Origin: Callorhinchus milii
Taxonomy: Eukaryota
NCBI RefSeq assembly: GCF_018977255.1
Contig: NW_024704742.1
Location: forward strand, 134,852,001-134,916,000
Length of the DNA stretch: 64,000 bases
Direction: 5' to 3'
The number at the start of each line of letters is the position of its first letter. Positions within the stretch are counted from its first letter, which is position 1. Below, one piece after another: positions 36,541 through 50,440 of the stretch. Position numbers and translations under genes: made by a program. The notes under the pieces were generated by a model. It was not told the DNA's origin, ran no database searches, and saw only the letters and a list, made by a program, of their open reading frames with translations.

Positions 36541-38864
36541 CCCACTGAAAGCCCCGCTCTTTCCCTCTAGCCTTGCAACTTTTTTTCTTCATAAGTATCT
36601 ATCCAATCCCTTTTGAAAGTTATTATCTAATCTGCTTCCACCACCCTTTTAGGCAATGCATTCCAGATCAGAACAACTCTCTGCGTTAAAAAAAACTCCT
36701 CATTTCCTCAGGTTCTTTTGCCAATTCTCTTAACTTACTCTATTTTCTTAGCAACTTAGAGCATTCAGAGTTAGTTAGGCAAGTTGTTTACTGAAGTCTT
36801 AGTTTTGAAGCCACTTTCTGTAAGTTTTCTGTTGAGAAACAAACCCGTTTCAGTTCAGAAAGAAAGGGAAACAGGGGGGAAAGAGTTCAGCTGGTGGCTT
36901 TACCATCTGTCCAAGGCTTTTCCTGAGTTGCAGTGTCTCTGACAAGCTGGGCGTCAGATAATGAGGAAGCCAGAAAAAAAATCCATGGTAGGAATTCTGA
37001 GGAGAGGAGATAGGCTCCTTTGGTTCAGAACAGATGCAGTCGCCAATCAATGAAATCAATAAATAATGCTCGACGACTGTAAAATGGCTAAAGAGGTCGC
37101 TGTCAAGTGACCACATGATGGATGGGCAAGTGGGCACGAGGACTGCTGAGAGGTCAGGAGTCACTATCACCTTGAGATGTAATCTACAGCTGCCCTCTAC
37201 CACTGGCCACTGATTGTGACCACAAAAGTGGCTTATGTCAGCCTTCTGCTGCCCTGACAGGATGGACATTAGTTGCCCCTGGTGTGTTTTTAAAAAGGGG
37301 TCGGTGTCTCTTGTTAAAACGTGGGTCAGCGATTCACCAGCACTTAAGGTAACCTCCGCCTATTACTTTTCTCTCAGTGCTTTAGCAGGAGTAATAATAC
37401 TAAGAGTCATAATACGACTAATATTACTACTAATAATAATAATTGCATTTGATATAGTGCCTTATCACATCGTCGAGACGTTTCAAAGCGCTTCATAGCA
37501 TCTATTGAAAAGTGGATTGATCTGTGTATTTGTGAGCAAAACCGGCAGTCAATTCCACACAGCAGTGTCCCACAAACAGTCATGAATGAATGACCACATT
37601 ATTGTTTTTTTGAGGGATTATTACTCCCGGAAAAGCGATCTACCAATCGACTAACAACCAGATTCCTACTGACTGCTACATAAACAGAGGCATACGGAAT
37701 AAGCAAACTTACTTCAGGTTTAAGATGCTATTCTGGTATGAAGCGCACTCTGTAAATTAAAGTTGTAGTTGAGTAAAGGGTTCTGGGCGTGTTAGATCAC
37801 TGATCAGGAAAAAAAATCACCCTCTCAACTCAGAAGTCTGACATTTCCACCTGATCTTAAAATCTAAAATGGCCCAGAACAGTGGAAAATTTCTTAAGAC
37901 CAACAATCTGGTTCCTTTTAAGCGCTTCCAAATTAAGGTTGACGTTGAGGACGTTCTTGTCTGCCAGCTCAGGTGCATGTTAAAAATTGCACATGAAGAG
38001 AAGGGAATTTCACCTGGTGTCCTGGCCAACAATCCACCAAATAAAATTGTTTATTTACTTCATGGCTGTTTGTGGGACATTGCTGTGCACAAAATGGGCT
38101 GCCGTGTTTCCTACAAAATACAGTCGCTACAATGGAGAGTAAAATAAATAATAATAATAATCCTTGCATTTGGTATAGCTCCTTGTCACGTCATTGAGAC
38201 ACCTCAAAGCCCTTCACAGAATTTACTGTGAAGTGGATTGACATTAAATTGAATGAAAAGGTTCACAAAAATTCTGCGGAGAGCTTTGAAACGTATCTTC
38301 GATGTGTTAAGGTGCTATATCAGATCCGAGGATTATGATTTTGTAATTAATTTGCATTTTAAGGCAGAATGGACTCGCAGGCTGAGAATAGGTGGAATCT
38401 GGGGTCTCAAGAGACCACATCTGAAGCCGGTCCCACAGAAAAGGTCAAGGGATGAATCCACAGGACAGAGTCATCACTAATTTGGCAACCTTGCTCTCTG
38501 AGGCCTAGAGGGTGGAAGGGACATACTAGCACAGTGGGACACTAGGGTGAAAGACAATGCAAAGGGAGACCTGCATTGCAGCTGGCCTTTGCCCTCCGTG
38601 ACCCTAGAGTCCTTGATAGTGCCACTAAGTGCAAAGTGGAAAAATGTCCTGTTCTTTAACGCTGTCATCACTTGCTTTGAACAAGGCACATAAAGCTCCA
38701 GCTGCAGCGTCCCCATAAAATGTAAATTATAGACAGCAGGCCACGGACACTTGACAAAGCTTACAGTCCTCTGTGCAGAGTGGGTCGGGGGGGGCGGGGG
38801 GGGGAGTGGGATATTCTGTCTTGATAAGGCGCTATATCAAATGCAAGGATTATTATTATTCATA

Positions 38865-39247
38865 TTGCATTTGATATAGCGCCTTATCAAATCTTCGAGA
38901 CATCTCCAAGCGCTTCGCAGAATACACTGTAAAGTCAATTGACTATATATTTTGTGGGCGAAATCGGGCCGCCAATTGCACACAGCAGTGTCCCAACCAA
39001 CATCGTGGATTGAGTGATCAAATTAGTATTTTTAATTATTTTTATGTATATGTATTTTTTGGAGGGATTTGTACGCCAAGAAAGAGATCCGCCAATTCGC
39101 TAACAACCGGGTTCCTACTTACTGATAGGTAAACAGAGACTTGTGGAGTAAAAAAACTTGCCTAAGGTTTCACCCCGCCTGGTAATCATACCTAGATCCT
39201 CTCGTTTGCGAAGCAAGTGGTTTAACCACTGAGCTATGGGACTCCAT
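38865..39247 (-). mobile_element. Family A SINE, full length
   Basis: Reverse-complement match to the consensus. Confidence 0.86.
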
Positions 39248-39749
39248 GCCATGAAGTCAATGACCAATTTCAGTGAGATCCCACGGTTTCTCCCAGTATC
39301 CTGGCCAATAATCCCCTAGATAAAATTGACGAGTTGCTTCATTGTTGCTTGTGGGAAATTGCTGGGTGCAAAGTTGGCTGCCGTGTTCGCCCGCAGAGAA
39401 ATACACAGTCACTACATGTTACTGCATGTCACAGTAAAATCCTGTGAAACGTGCTGCCAATGTGAAAGGCGCTGCATCAAATTTAAAGAATATTTAACAT
39501 CCACCCGAATAGAAAGACAGGATCTTAGGTTAACGTTTCATCTGAAGGACGGCAGCTCCCACAACGTATGCAACCCCTCCCAGCACTGCACTGGAGTGTC
39601 AGCCTACGTTATGAGCTCAAAGTTTCGATGTGAGACTTGAGTCCACAAACTTCTGATGTAGATGTGAGAATCTTGAGCCTTGCATCTTTTACCCCCACCA
39701 CACACACTACCTCCATTGCGGAGGCAGAGAGTAGATAATAACAGGGATT

Positions 39750-40165
39750 AGGGACTAGAGAAACTGGGATTGTTCCTCTTAGAGCAGAGAAGGTTAACAG
39801 GAGATTTAATAAAGGTGTTCAAAGTGATGAGGGGTTTTGACAAGAGTAAATAAGCTGAAACTGTTTCTACTGGTGAGTGGGTCGGTAAGCAGATTCAAGA
39901 TAATTGGCAAAAGATCCAGAGGGGAGATGCAATGAATTTTTTTTAACCCATCCAGTTGTTGCGGTCTGGAATGCACTGCCTGAAAGGTTGTTGGAAGCAG
40001 ATTCAATAATAACTTTCAAAAGGAAATTGGATATATAATGAAAAAAGAACAATTTGCAGGGCTATGGGGAAAGAATGGGTGAGGGGAATGGGACTGGTTG
40101 GATAGCTCTTTCAAAGAGCCAGCACAGGCATGATGGGCTGAATGGCCCCCTTCTGTGCTATAAAG
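39750..40165 (+). mobile_element. CR1 3' end
   Basis: ctagagaaactgggattgttctc..agagcagagaaggtt, tggaatgcactgcctgaaagg, and an (attctatg)-type tail. Confidence 0.88.
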
Positions 40166-40904
40166 ATTCTATAATTCTATGATGATAGCAGTCGCTTGGG
40201 GTTTTATATGAACACAAGAGTAAAAGCATGGGAAATAAAGGGGATGGATGAAATTTTTAATTTTGCTGGCCCAGTATACTGTGATGGGCATAATTTTCAA
40301 AGCAATTATGTGGCAGATAGTTGCACAGTTCTGAAATGGCCCTGATAAATCAAATGCTTTTCTACCATGAAATTACAGAAATCATTCATAATTCCGTACT
40401 TGGCCTATTGAGCTGATCTGTAATGAAACGGGCTTCCTGTGCAGAGATAAAATGGATCCATTTATGGTAATATACGAATGAACTGAAATCATTAAATTAA
40501 GTGCCAACCTTGCATTGTCACGGGGTAAAATATATATACTGGATATATTTTAAAAAGTACTTAATAATCTCTAATTGTTCTGTGGATTTGAAATGATACT
40601 GGGATTTTTACTTTCCACGCTGAACCATGGGTGTAAGTACAGTATTTTCCTGAGTGTAGGGAACGTGTGAGCTGAGAGCATTTCCTTCAAGACTTCCTCC
40701 AAGAGGCTGCTCAGTCATCAGATTGTTGCTAAGGCTGTTGGTGCTATAATGCGTTGCTAGGCTCTTGATGTGATTTTTGACCATTTTTGGAAACACTAGA
40801 ACTTGGAAATTCTCCCTCACTCCCTCTCTCCACCTCCCCCCTCTCCTCCCTGCCCAATTTAAAGTCTTGGTATTTTAAGCCTGACCATTAGCATTCCGAT
40901 TCAA

Positions 40905-41297
40905 TAATAATAACAACAGTAATCCTTGCTTTGATATAGCACCTTTTCACATTGTTTTGATGTCTCAAAGCACTTCACATGATATACTGTAAAATGGAAT
41001 GACTGTATTTTGTGGGGAAATGGGGCAGCAATGTCCCACAAACAAGAATTGTATTTGGGAGATTGTTGACCAGGACACCAGGAAAGAGAAACTTCCTTCT
41101 CTTAGTGCCATGGGATCTTTAACATCCACCTGAACAGGCAGTTGGGACCTTGGTTTAATGTCATCAATGCAATACTCCCCCAGTACTGCATTGGAATATC
41201 AGCTTAGACAATGTGATTCCAAGTACTGATGTGGGGCTTGAACCCACAACCTTCTAACTCAGAGGTGAGAGTGCTACCACTGTGCGATATTGACACC
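40905..41297 (-). mobile_element. Deu-domain SINE (family B), full length
   Basis: Tail, Deu core and tRNA-like head. Confidence 0.8.
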
Positions 41298-41657
41298 ATG
41301 GAAGACATTTGCAGCACAGAAGGAGGTCATTCAGGCTATCGTGACTGTGCTGCCTCTCTGAAACCTGTTTGTTTGACCACGTTCTACCATTCTCGCCCAA
41401 CCGCCACCACATCCCCCCCCCCATACACACAACACACTTTTATATGTCATCTTCTTTAGATAATGATCTATTTCTCCCTTAAAGCTAATCAGTGTCAGCC
41501 TAGCTTAGTTGTTAGCAGTCTCGCTGCATTGTTGGGGATGGCACCCTTCAGATGATGGGTGTAACTGAGGTCTGGTCTGCCTGTTTTTGTTGCATGTTAA
41601 AGATTCTGCTGCACTGTTTGTAAAGAGAAGGGAGTTTCTCCTGATGTCCCCCAATAG

Positions 41658-41975
41658 GTGGAGTCCTGTAGCTCAGTGTTTAGAGCACTCGCCTTGCAAG
41701 CGAGACACCTGGGTTCAATTCCAGGCAGGGTGAAACCTTGGGCAAGTTTCCTTACTCCACACGCCTTATAATAATCCCTCCAAAACAAAACAATAATAAA
41801 TTGGTCACTTCAATCCTTGACTCTTTGTGGGACACTGCTGTGCGCAATTGGCTGCTGCGTTTTGCCCACAAGTATACAGTCAATTCACTTTACAGCATAT
41901 TCTGTGAAGTGCTTTGAGTCGTCTAGAAGATGTGAAAAGCGCTATACCAATGCAAGGATTATTATTATTATTAAT
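41658..41975 (+). mobile_element. Family A SINE (short form) adjoining a family B SINE (41491-41657)
   Basis: Intact head, short body and intermediate tail. Confidence 0.88.
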
Positions 41976-43396
41976 AACAAATACTGAACTTATGGGACAG
42001 GCTCCTTAGGGAGACAATGGAAGCAGAAAATGTTGTTTGTTTCAAGAGCAGATTAACAGGCAGGTGGGAATTCAGTTTAACATTCATTCACACTCCCAGT
42101 AAATCAGTGCACCCCTCCCCACCACTCCCAGCATTGTACCTGGTCTAGGAGCTCAAAGTTCTGAGATAGGCTTGCATCCTCAAACTTCCGACTCAGAGGT
42201 GAGCAGGCTTCCACCACCAGGGTACTAAGTATAGTAGGTTGTTAACCTGTTCCCAAATGCCAAGGAATAGTCTATGCAACTATCCATTATTTCATACATA
42301 GACGTAATATAGTAATATATAATAATCCTTGTAGCACCTTACCATGTCATTGAGACGTCTCAAAGCGCTTCACAGAATATACTTAAAGTGAATTAACTGT
42401 GTATTTTGTGGGCAAAACGCAGGAGCCAATTGTGCACAGCAGTGTCCCACAAATGTGGATCAAGTGACCAAATTATTATTATTATTTTATGGAGGGATTA
42501 TTATGCCTGAAAAGTAATCCACCAATTGACTAAAAACCAAGTTCCTGGTTACTGCTAGGTAAACAGAGGTACGCAGTTTGGTAGCAAAAAATCTTTAACT
42601 AAGAACTAATTACATCAAAATTATTTTTCAGAATATTCAAGATGGCTAGTCAGAGTAGTTTTTTTTACAAATGATAAATCAGATGTAAAAATCGGTGCAG
42701 AACAATAGTCCCAAGATATTTCTCAGTCGATTAAAGCTAAAAGTCCAATTTAAGAAGCCACTATTTCTGTATATTAAGTGTTATCTTAACAGTGATCTTA
42801 ACTACTTATATTAGCTAGTAATAAAATATTTCCCCCTGTAGCATTGCCTCTATTGATCTATTTAAGGCAACTCTCTAATAATACTGTAAAGTGTGGTGAA
42901 TATGTATTTTTAGGTGAATGCGGCACAGCATTTTGTGCACAGCAATGTTCCACAAAGGCCATGAAGTGAATGAGCAGTTTTATCTGGGGGGATTATTAAT
43001 CAGAGCACCAGGAGAAACTTCTCTTCTTGAATAATGTCATGGAAGCTTTAATGTCCACCAGAACAAGCAGGTGATATCTCAGTTTAATGTCTCATCTGAA
43101 AGATGGCATCTCTTCCAGCAAGGCATTGGAGTGTCAGCACTGCAAGAGGTAATTTAAAGCCTGATCCCCCAACCTGTGGGGTCATGTAGTGTATTGGTTG
43201 GAGCACTTGCCTCGCAAGCGAGAGGACCTGGGTTAGATTCCTGGGCGAGGCAAAACTTTAGTTAGGTTTCCTTCCTCCACATGGCTCTGTTCACCTCGCA
43301 GAAAGTAGGAACCCGGTTGCTAGTCAGGTGGCAGATAACGTTCCGGGGGTAATAATCCATTAAAAATAACAAAACAAATTGGGTCACTCAATCCAC

Positions 43397-43860
43397 AACC
43401 CCATCCTTTCTCAACTCCACTGGCTTCCCATCACACAGAAGATACAGGTCAAGATCCTGGTCTTCACCTTAAAAGCTCTCCATGGTCTTGCTCCCCCCTA
43501 CCTCTGCGACCTCCTAACCCCCTACCACCTTGCTCGCTCCATTCACTCAGCAGTCTCTGGCCTGCTTCACATCTCCCACCTCGCTCGCCCCACCAATAGC
43601 ATGTGGGCCTTCTGCCAGTCTGCCCCCACCCTCTGGAACACCATCCTGCAGTCCATTCACCTCGCCTCCTCCCTTGCCACCTTCAAGACCCATCTCAAGA
43701 CCCTCCTCTTCGACCGTGCTTTCGATCTTCCTGCTTCCCCCCTCGCCCTCCACCCTCCCTCACCCTGATCCCCAGCTCGGATTCATAACTCTGTCTGTCC
43801 AGTGCCTTGGGACATCCTCCCGATGTGAAAGGCGCTTTACAAATGTAATTTTATTGTGTA
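43397..43860 (+). mobile_element. L2 3' end between SINE fragments
   Basis: PILSQLHWLPITQKIQVKILVFTLKALHGLAPPYLCDLL...FKTHLKTLLFDRAF plus tail type 1. Confidence 0.92.
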
Positions 43861-46499
43861 ATCCACCAATCGGCTAAGTAGGGTTCCTACTTACTGCTAG
43901 GTAAACAGAGGCGTGTGGAATAAGGAAACTTGCCCAACGTTTCTCCTTGCAGGGAATCAAACCCAAGTCCCTTTGCTTGCGAGGCGAGTGCTCCAACCAC
44001 TATAGGGTTGAATTGAGTGGGGGAGGGGGAAAAAGACTAACCTACTTCTCAGAGCATTAGCTGAAATGTTTGCATTTCTTTTGTTATGAAGTTGACCTTC
44101 AGCGGATTCACTTATTGACGCGCTCTCCTTTCCCCCACCAAGGTAAAACCTTGAAGTGTCAAGCTTTAAGAATGCGGCTTTCCCTTTTTTTCCCATCTCC
44201 TTTGTTGCTGAGATTAGCCTGGCCTTGTCAAAATGCATTTTCTAGTTAAAACCAAAAAATATTTCCCTTCTGGCTCTGAGGTATTGATTTTCTACGCCAC
44301 TCATGTCTGTGAAGTGAAGGGGTGAAAGGTGAGAGTTCAGTCCAGATGGGCTGCTTTTATTTTCCTATCACAGCCCGGGTCCCTCCAAGTCTGATTATTT
44401 TCAAGTGGCCAATAACAGAGGCTAAAATCTATTTACTGATCTATCCGATTATAATAAATGAATGAGATTTGACTTTTGGGGGATGGCATACAAACACACA
44501 AACAAGCAAGGCTCTGCGAGGATCAATTCAGCCACTTTTGCACAGCGCGGCGTAAAGAGAAAGAAATTCTTATTCCAAAAGAAGCAGAAATCAACCTTTG
44601 ATTTGCACGGATGATTAAAAGAAGATTTTGTACATTGGTCAATCCACTGTCTGCAGTAAAACACTCTCATTCTCTTCCTCTCTCTTTCCTCTGATCACTG
44701 AATACAATTCCCCCCACAAAAAAATTGCCTTAAAATATAATATTTTCAATGACTTTTCGCCTGCACAGAGCCCTCTATGCACAGGGATAAAGAATCAGTC
44801 ATTTTAATAATTTAATAATCATAATCCGTGCATTTGATATAGTGCCATATCAAGTCATTGAGACGTCTCTTCACAGAATATACTGTAAAATATCCTGTAT
44901 ATTTTATCATCAAAACACCAATTGCACACAGCAGTGTCCCACAAACAATTGTGGCTTGAGTGACCAAATTTTAATGTTTTTTATTTTACCCTACTTATAA
45001 AGGTGTTTCCCTTAAAAATATACGTAGGTCATTTCTTCGTTGTTGTAGCTACCGTCAAACCAGGGTTAGGGTGTTAGGATATCGCTGTTCAATTAATATT
45101 TAAGTTTTGCAGTTAAACGTTTAGGCAATGAGAGCAATTGCTGTTAATGTTTCAGTGGGAGAGTCAGGCGCAAGAACAGGACTTGTATAAATGCTGATCT
45201 GGCTGAGTACTGAAAGGACAGCGACTGTGTACCGGGCAAGACACAGCTAAAGAGGGAGATAGATGTGTGCCAGTCTCCGCAGGTGGACAATGTCAACTGA
45301 GGTCAGTGTCTCGCACATCCTCCGTGCTGCACACACACACACACACACACACACGCGCGCGCTGGCTCTCAGTGACATGATGAACTGCAGAATGAAGCAC
45401 AGATAGGTCACATCTGCTCGGCTTTCTGCAGGACCGGACCACATTATCCTTTCACATTCTCTCTCTCTCGCTCTGTCTCCATCCCAGGCATTTAATCCAC
45501 AGCGGACGTAGGGACCGAGGATAAGAACTATCAAAGGGCATGTGGGGGGAGCGGGAGATAAAAGCTGATGGGTGGGGCCAGGTTAATTGTCTCTATGACC
45601 GAACCCTCGGTCAACTTCTCCCTCCCCCCCTCCTCCCCCCCACCCCACCATCCAACACCCAGCTCCGGTGCAAACCCTTGACTGTCCAGTGCCTTGGGAT
45701 GACTTCCAAACTGAAAGGTGTTATATAAATGTAATTTGTTGTTATCATTGTTATTTTAAATACAAATAAGAATTTCCCTCAGTTACTTTGATCTCTTTTT
45801 GTCGCTGCTGCACTTGTCAGACCGATGCTCCTCTTGAAGATTGAGCAGCGGCCTGAAATCGTAGCTTGTTTTGATCATTTTCTCTCAACATCGTGAAGGT
45901 TGGCCCAGAACTGTGGAGAATTCTTCAATTCATTTCAATTTGGGCGCCAGTTTACTGCAGATCTTAAAAAGAGCCAACTTTAAAGTTGACTGAAATTTAT
46001 ATATTTTTTTCTTCGATTTTAAAACATAATGATCGCTGGGCTAAGGCTATCTGGAGTTTCAAGCCTTTGATGCTAAGCAGAGAAAGAGGGGAATGGAAAG
46101 GAGTTAGCATACACGAGTGTGAAAATCGCACTTTATTATAAAAAAACGCAGTATATGAAGTATATTTTAATTCATACAAGCAATAAGTTAAATTTTGACA
46201 GCAGATAAACAACAACTTCCATTTATATAGCGCTCGTCACACAGGGCAGTGTCTCGGAGAGCTTAACAGTGGCGGAGCCTGATGCCGAGCCGGGGGGTGG
46301 TGGTAAGAGATGACCGTTAGACAGTCGAAGAGGAGGGTCTTCAGTCGTGATCTAAAAGAGGAGAAGCAGTGGGCAAGGCGGAGAGTCAATAACAGGTGGC
46401 CATAAATTGAAGATTCTGATCAGAACAAAAAATTGTGAGGCCCTAAGAAATAATACAACACAATACATGTCGGGAGCAGTCACGCCGAGCAGTCAGGGA

Positions 46500-47365
46500 T
46501 TAGGACCCGAGCAGGGGGTTTGGATCAGGGAGGGTGGGGGCAGAAAGGGTAGAAGGGAGGCCAAAGGCACAGTTGAAGAGCAGGGACTTGAGGTATGCCT
46601 TGAAGGAAGAAAGGGAGGGAGTGAGGCTGAGTGGGAATGTGGAGTGCAGTTGCAGTTTCAGATGGTGGGGGCAGAGATGCTGAAGGCCCGATCGCTGATG
46701 GTGGGACGGACCAGGCGAGATAAATGGACCAGCTCCAAAGCCTGCTGAGCTAAGGGAGCAGACAGGTTGATAAGGGGTTAGAAGGTCAGAGAGGTAGGAG
46801 CGGGCAAGGCCGTGGAGTGCCTTGAAGGTAAGGATGAGAATTTTTAACTCTTATCCTCTGAGGGATGGGGAGCCAGTGGAGCCGGTGAGGGGGTGATGGG
46901 GCCTCGGAGCCTGGTGCGGGAGAGGACATGAGCTGCAGAGCTCTGGAGGATCTGCAGCTCCTCGTGGAGGGAAGAGTTGGAGAGGCCGACAAACGGGCGT
47001 TGGCTTAGTTGTGCCTGGATGTAACAAAGTCATGTATGAGGGTTTCGACAGCCTGAGAGGTGAGACAGTGGGGGAATCGGGCAGAGCGGGTCATGGCATG
47101 GAGAAAGGTCAGTTGAGGGCCAAACAAGACGCCCAGGTCCTGACTGGCTTGGTGAGGTGGAGTGTGCAACCGTGGATGCTGATGCTGCCAGTGTCCGAGG
47201 TGCGGAGGCGCTGACGGGAGCGAATCAGAACCTTGGTCTTGCTGACGTTCAACTGTAGAAAGTTGGCTCTCATCCAGGACTTGATGTCTGACAGGCAGTC
47301 CAGGGTGGAGGCAGAGAAATAGAGCTGGGTGTCATCCATGTACATGTGGAAGTTGACCCCCATGT
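46500..47365 (-). mobile_element. L2 ORF2 3' portion (decayed)
   Basis: GVNFHMYMDDTQLYFS (RT YxDD motif), CLSDIKSWMRANFLQLN, LHWLPI. Confidence 0.9.
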
Positions 47366-48649
47366 CTAATAATAATAATAATAATGCTTCTGCACATATT
47401 CTGTTTCTGAAATGTGTAAAAGTATTAGCTGTATGCTGCCCAATTCAACATCGGATTAAAATCTGGAACTCAATGCAATGACATTAAGACAAGGCGACAG
47501 GGACTTTGATGCGTCCAATTTGGAAACTCTTTGTTGTGCTCAAGAGCTTTCAGTTCCAGCTGCTGAGAACCCATAGCCCCAGTTCTGTTGGAGTGTTCCG
47601 AAAGAGCTACCAACTAGTCCCACTCGCCCCTCATACTCCATAGCCATGCAAATTCTTTCTTTTTAAGTATCTATCTAATTCCCTTATAGACAGCTATTAT
47701 TGAATCTTCTGACACCACCCTTCAGGCAGTGCATTCCATATCTTAACCGTTCCCTGAGTAAAATTTGGGTAAGATTAATCCCAGTATTTATTTTGCTTAC
47801 AGTGCTTTCCCCGTTAAATTATTTTACATATTTCAAAACAAGTACAAAAAAAGATTTTCTTAATAATAATAATCCTTACATTTGATGTAGCATTTAGATC
47901 TGATATATTATGTCAGCAAGGCGTCTCAAAGCGCTTCACAAGATATACTGTAAAGTGCTATGACTGTATTTTGTAGGCCTCTCCCTTAAATATATTTTAA
48001 GATATATTTTAATGTTAAATATACTCTCTTAAATATATTTTCCACTAATTTATGCCCTCTGGTGTTTTCCCTTGGTTTAATTTGAGGTAATGGGCCTGCG
48101 TTAAGTATAACCACTAAATATTTGATATGCTTTGATTGGCTTTTTCCCACTTACCTTTGCTTTAGCACAGCGTTAAAACAAGAGCAATCATTTAGGGTTG
48201 TAACTCCCCTTTAATTGAACACGTGGGATATACAGAATTACAGAAAGTAAAAGCAGCATCTCGCGAACAATTAAATTACAACGACAAACACGGACATTTA
48301 CAGTTTGGAACAGAACAAAGTGACATTAGTCGGATTATAATCATATAAGTTACCACTTCAAGTCATTTCACTGCTGAACGAAGCCAAGTTAGTTACATAT
48401 GGATGCCCAGCCCGGATATGGTACTGCCCAACTAATGATAAGATTAATACAATTACCAAGTCTTGCATTAGCTAAGCACCATGGCTGAATAACAACAACG
48501 TAATCCTGAACTGGAGAAACTGGAAGAAGTTATTGCACAATATCAGGCCAGTAAGAGTTCTACTCCAGACCAAAAAACAATCTCTCAGAAGGTGGGTAGC
48601 TTCTTAATATCGATTCAAATTGTAGTTGACCCCAGAACCTAGTGCTTGG

Positions 48650-48760
48650 ATGTTAACTCACTTTCCTTTCTCCACAGATGCTGCCTGATCTGCTGAGTGT
48701 TCCCAGCGACTTCTGTTTTTGTTTTCAGATATCCAGCATCTGCAGCATTTTGTGTTTTGA
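48650..48760 (+). mobile_element. Penelope-like element terminal fragment
   Basis: ctccacagatgctgcctgatctgctgagtgttcccagc...cagatatccagcatctgcag. The family assignment is from recall. Confidence 0.5.
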
Positions 48761-49647
48761 CCAAATTATTTAATTATTTTGGGGGTGGGAGGGGATTATT
48801 ACCCCAGAAAACGAGCTTCGAAGAACAACCAGGTTCTTATTTATTGCTAGGTAAACAGAGGCACGTGGAGTAAGGAAACTTGCCTAATGTTTCTCCCTGC
48901 CTGGGATTCCATCCCGGGACCTCTCGCTTGCGAGGCAATACGCTTTCGGACTCAACTTGTACTCCAGTGTTGACCAACTTCCATTGGAGGTCACACTTCT
49001 TGCCAGGCTTAGGACAGAAAGAGGAAGGCCAAATTAAATCCATGCTTGTCCATCTCTGAATGGGTTAAGAATGGTATCAAATAGGATTCTGCAGAGTGGT
49101 CCTATATCGAGCGGGTCTCTTTCTTCTCCTCCTAACCCTGTTTTTTCAAGGAGGAAAGGGAAGAAAGCAGGATTTTTCTTGTTGAGTTAAGCCAGTTTCC
49201 AGCTAACAGAAATTGCATTGTGTTGGCCTGACTGGTGGAGGGCGAGTTTCTGTGAGCAATAAATTAACACATTAACGCTACATTTTTTGAATGCTTTGTG
49301 GTAATTAACATGTCAGGGGAAGTTCTTGGGAACATTGTCCTGTCTATTTGGAATCGTAATCTCGATGGAGTTTGATAATACTAGCACATATTGCAGGTGA
49401 ATCCGAAGGAAAGAGTCAACAGTGCTGGGCAGTAAATGGTCATTGATCGCTGGAAGTATTCCAGTTCGGATTATCTAAATCCTTAAAATCTGTGCTGCAA
49501 TGTAAACCAGGACTCTCCCTCTGCCTCTCCCCCCTCCTCCCAAAGAAACAAGGCAGTGATATGTCAGGAATCTGATATGAAAAGGTGGTGCAATCTGCTA
49601 TTTTGAAATGCAGCCGGAGAGAAATAATCCTTGCACTCAATATATAG

Positions 49648-50072
49648 GTGCCAGCCTGGCTCTTGCCCCCTCCCCCCACCCCTAAGTCAGAAGGTTGTGG
49701 GTTCAAGACCCGTGTCAGGCCTTTAAGGTCACAGTCTAAGCTGACAACGAGTGCAGTGAGAGTGCTGCATTATAGGAGGTGCCATTCCTCAGATGAGACA
49801 TTAAAGGAAGGTCCAATCTGTCTGTTCAGTTGGATGTTAAACATTTCACAGCACTATTTGAAAAGAGAAGGGAGTTTCTCCTGGTGTCCTGGCTAACAAT
49901 CCCCAGTTAAAATTTTTTATATATTTCAGTAGTGTGTTTGGGACATTGTTGTGTGCAAAATTGGCTTCAGAATTTGCTTACAACTCACAGTCACTGCACT
50001 TCACAGAAGTCTTTGTGAAGCGCATTGAGACATTTTGATGACATGCGCTATATCAAAAGCAAACATTATTTT
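49648..50072 (+). mobile_element. Deu-domain SINE (family B), full length
   Basis: Head gtcagaaggttgtgggttcaag, Deu core ggaggtgcc..cagatgagacattaaa..ctgttcag.tggatgttaaa, and tail. Confidence 0.82.
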
Positions 50073-50079
50073 ATAGATC

Positions 50080-50440
50080 TTACAACATTGATACGTCTCA
50101 AGGCTTAAGACGGGCAAGTTCAGCGACTGCGTATTTGCAGACAAACTTTACAGTCAATTTGTACACATAATATCCTACAAATGGTTGTGAAGTGATTGAC
50201 CTCTTTTTATGTTTGTGTGAGTCAAAGACTATTAACCAGAACAATGGGAGAAACTCTCTTTTCAAATATCACATCTTTAACAATCATCTGGATTTGGGTT
50301 TAACATTTCATCCAAAGGATGGCACCTCCAACAGTCCGAAGCTCACTCTACACAGGAGTATCAGCCTGGTCTATGAGATAAAGTCTTGAACCCACACTCA
50401 GACCCTTAAGCGAGGGATCTACCGACTGAGTCAGGCTGAC
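50080..50440 (-). mobile_element. Deu-domain SINE (family B), tail-to-tail with the previous copy
   Basis: Reverse-complement Deu core; ends ctgagtcaggctgac. Confidence 0.7.
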
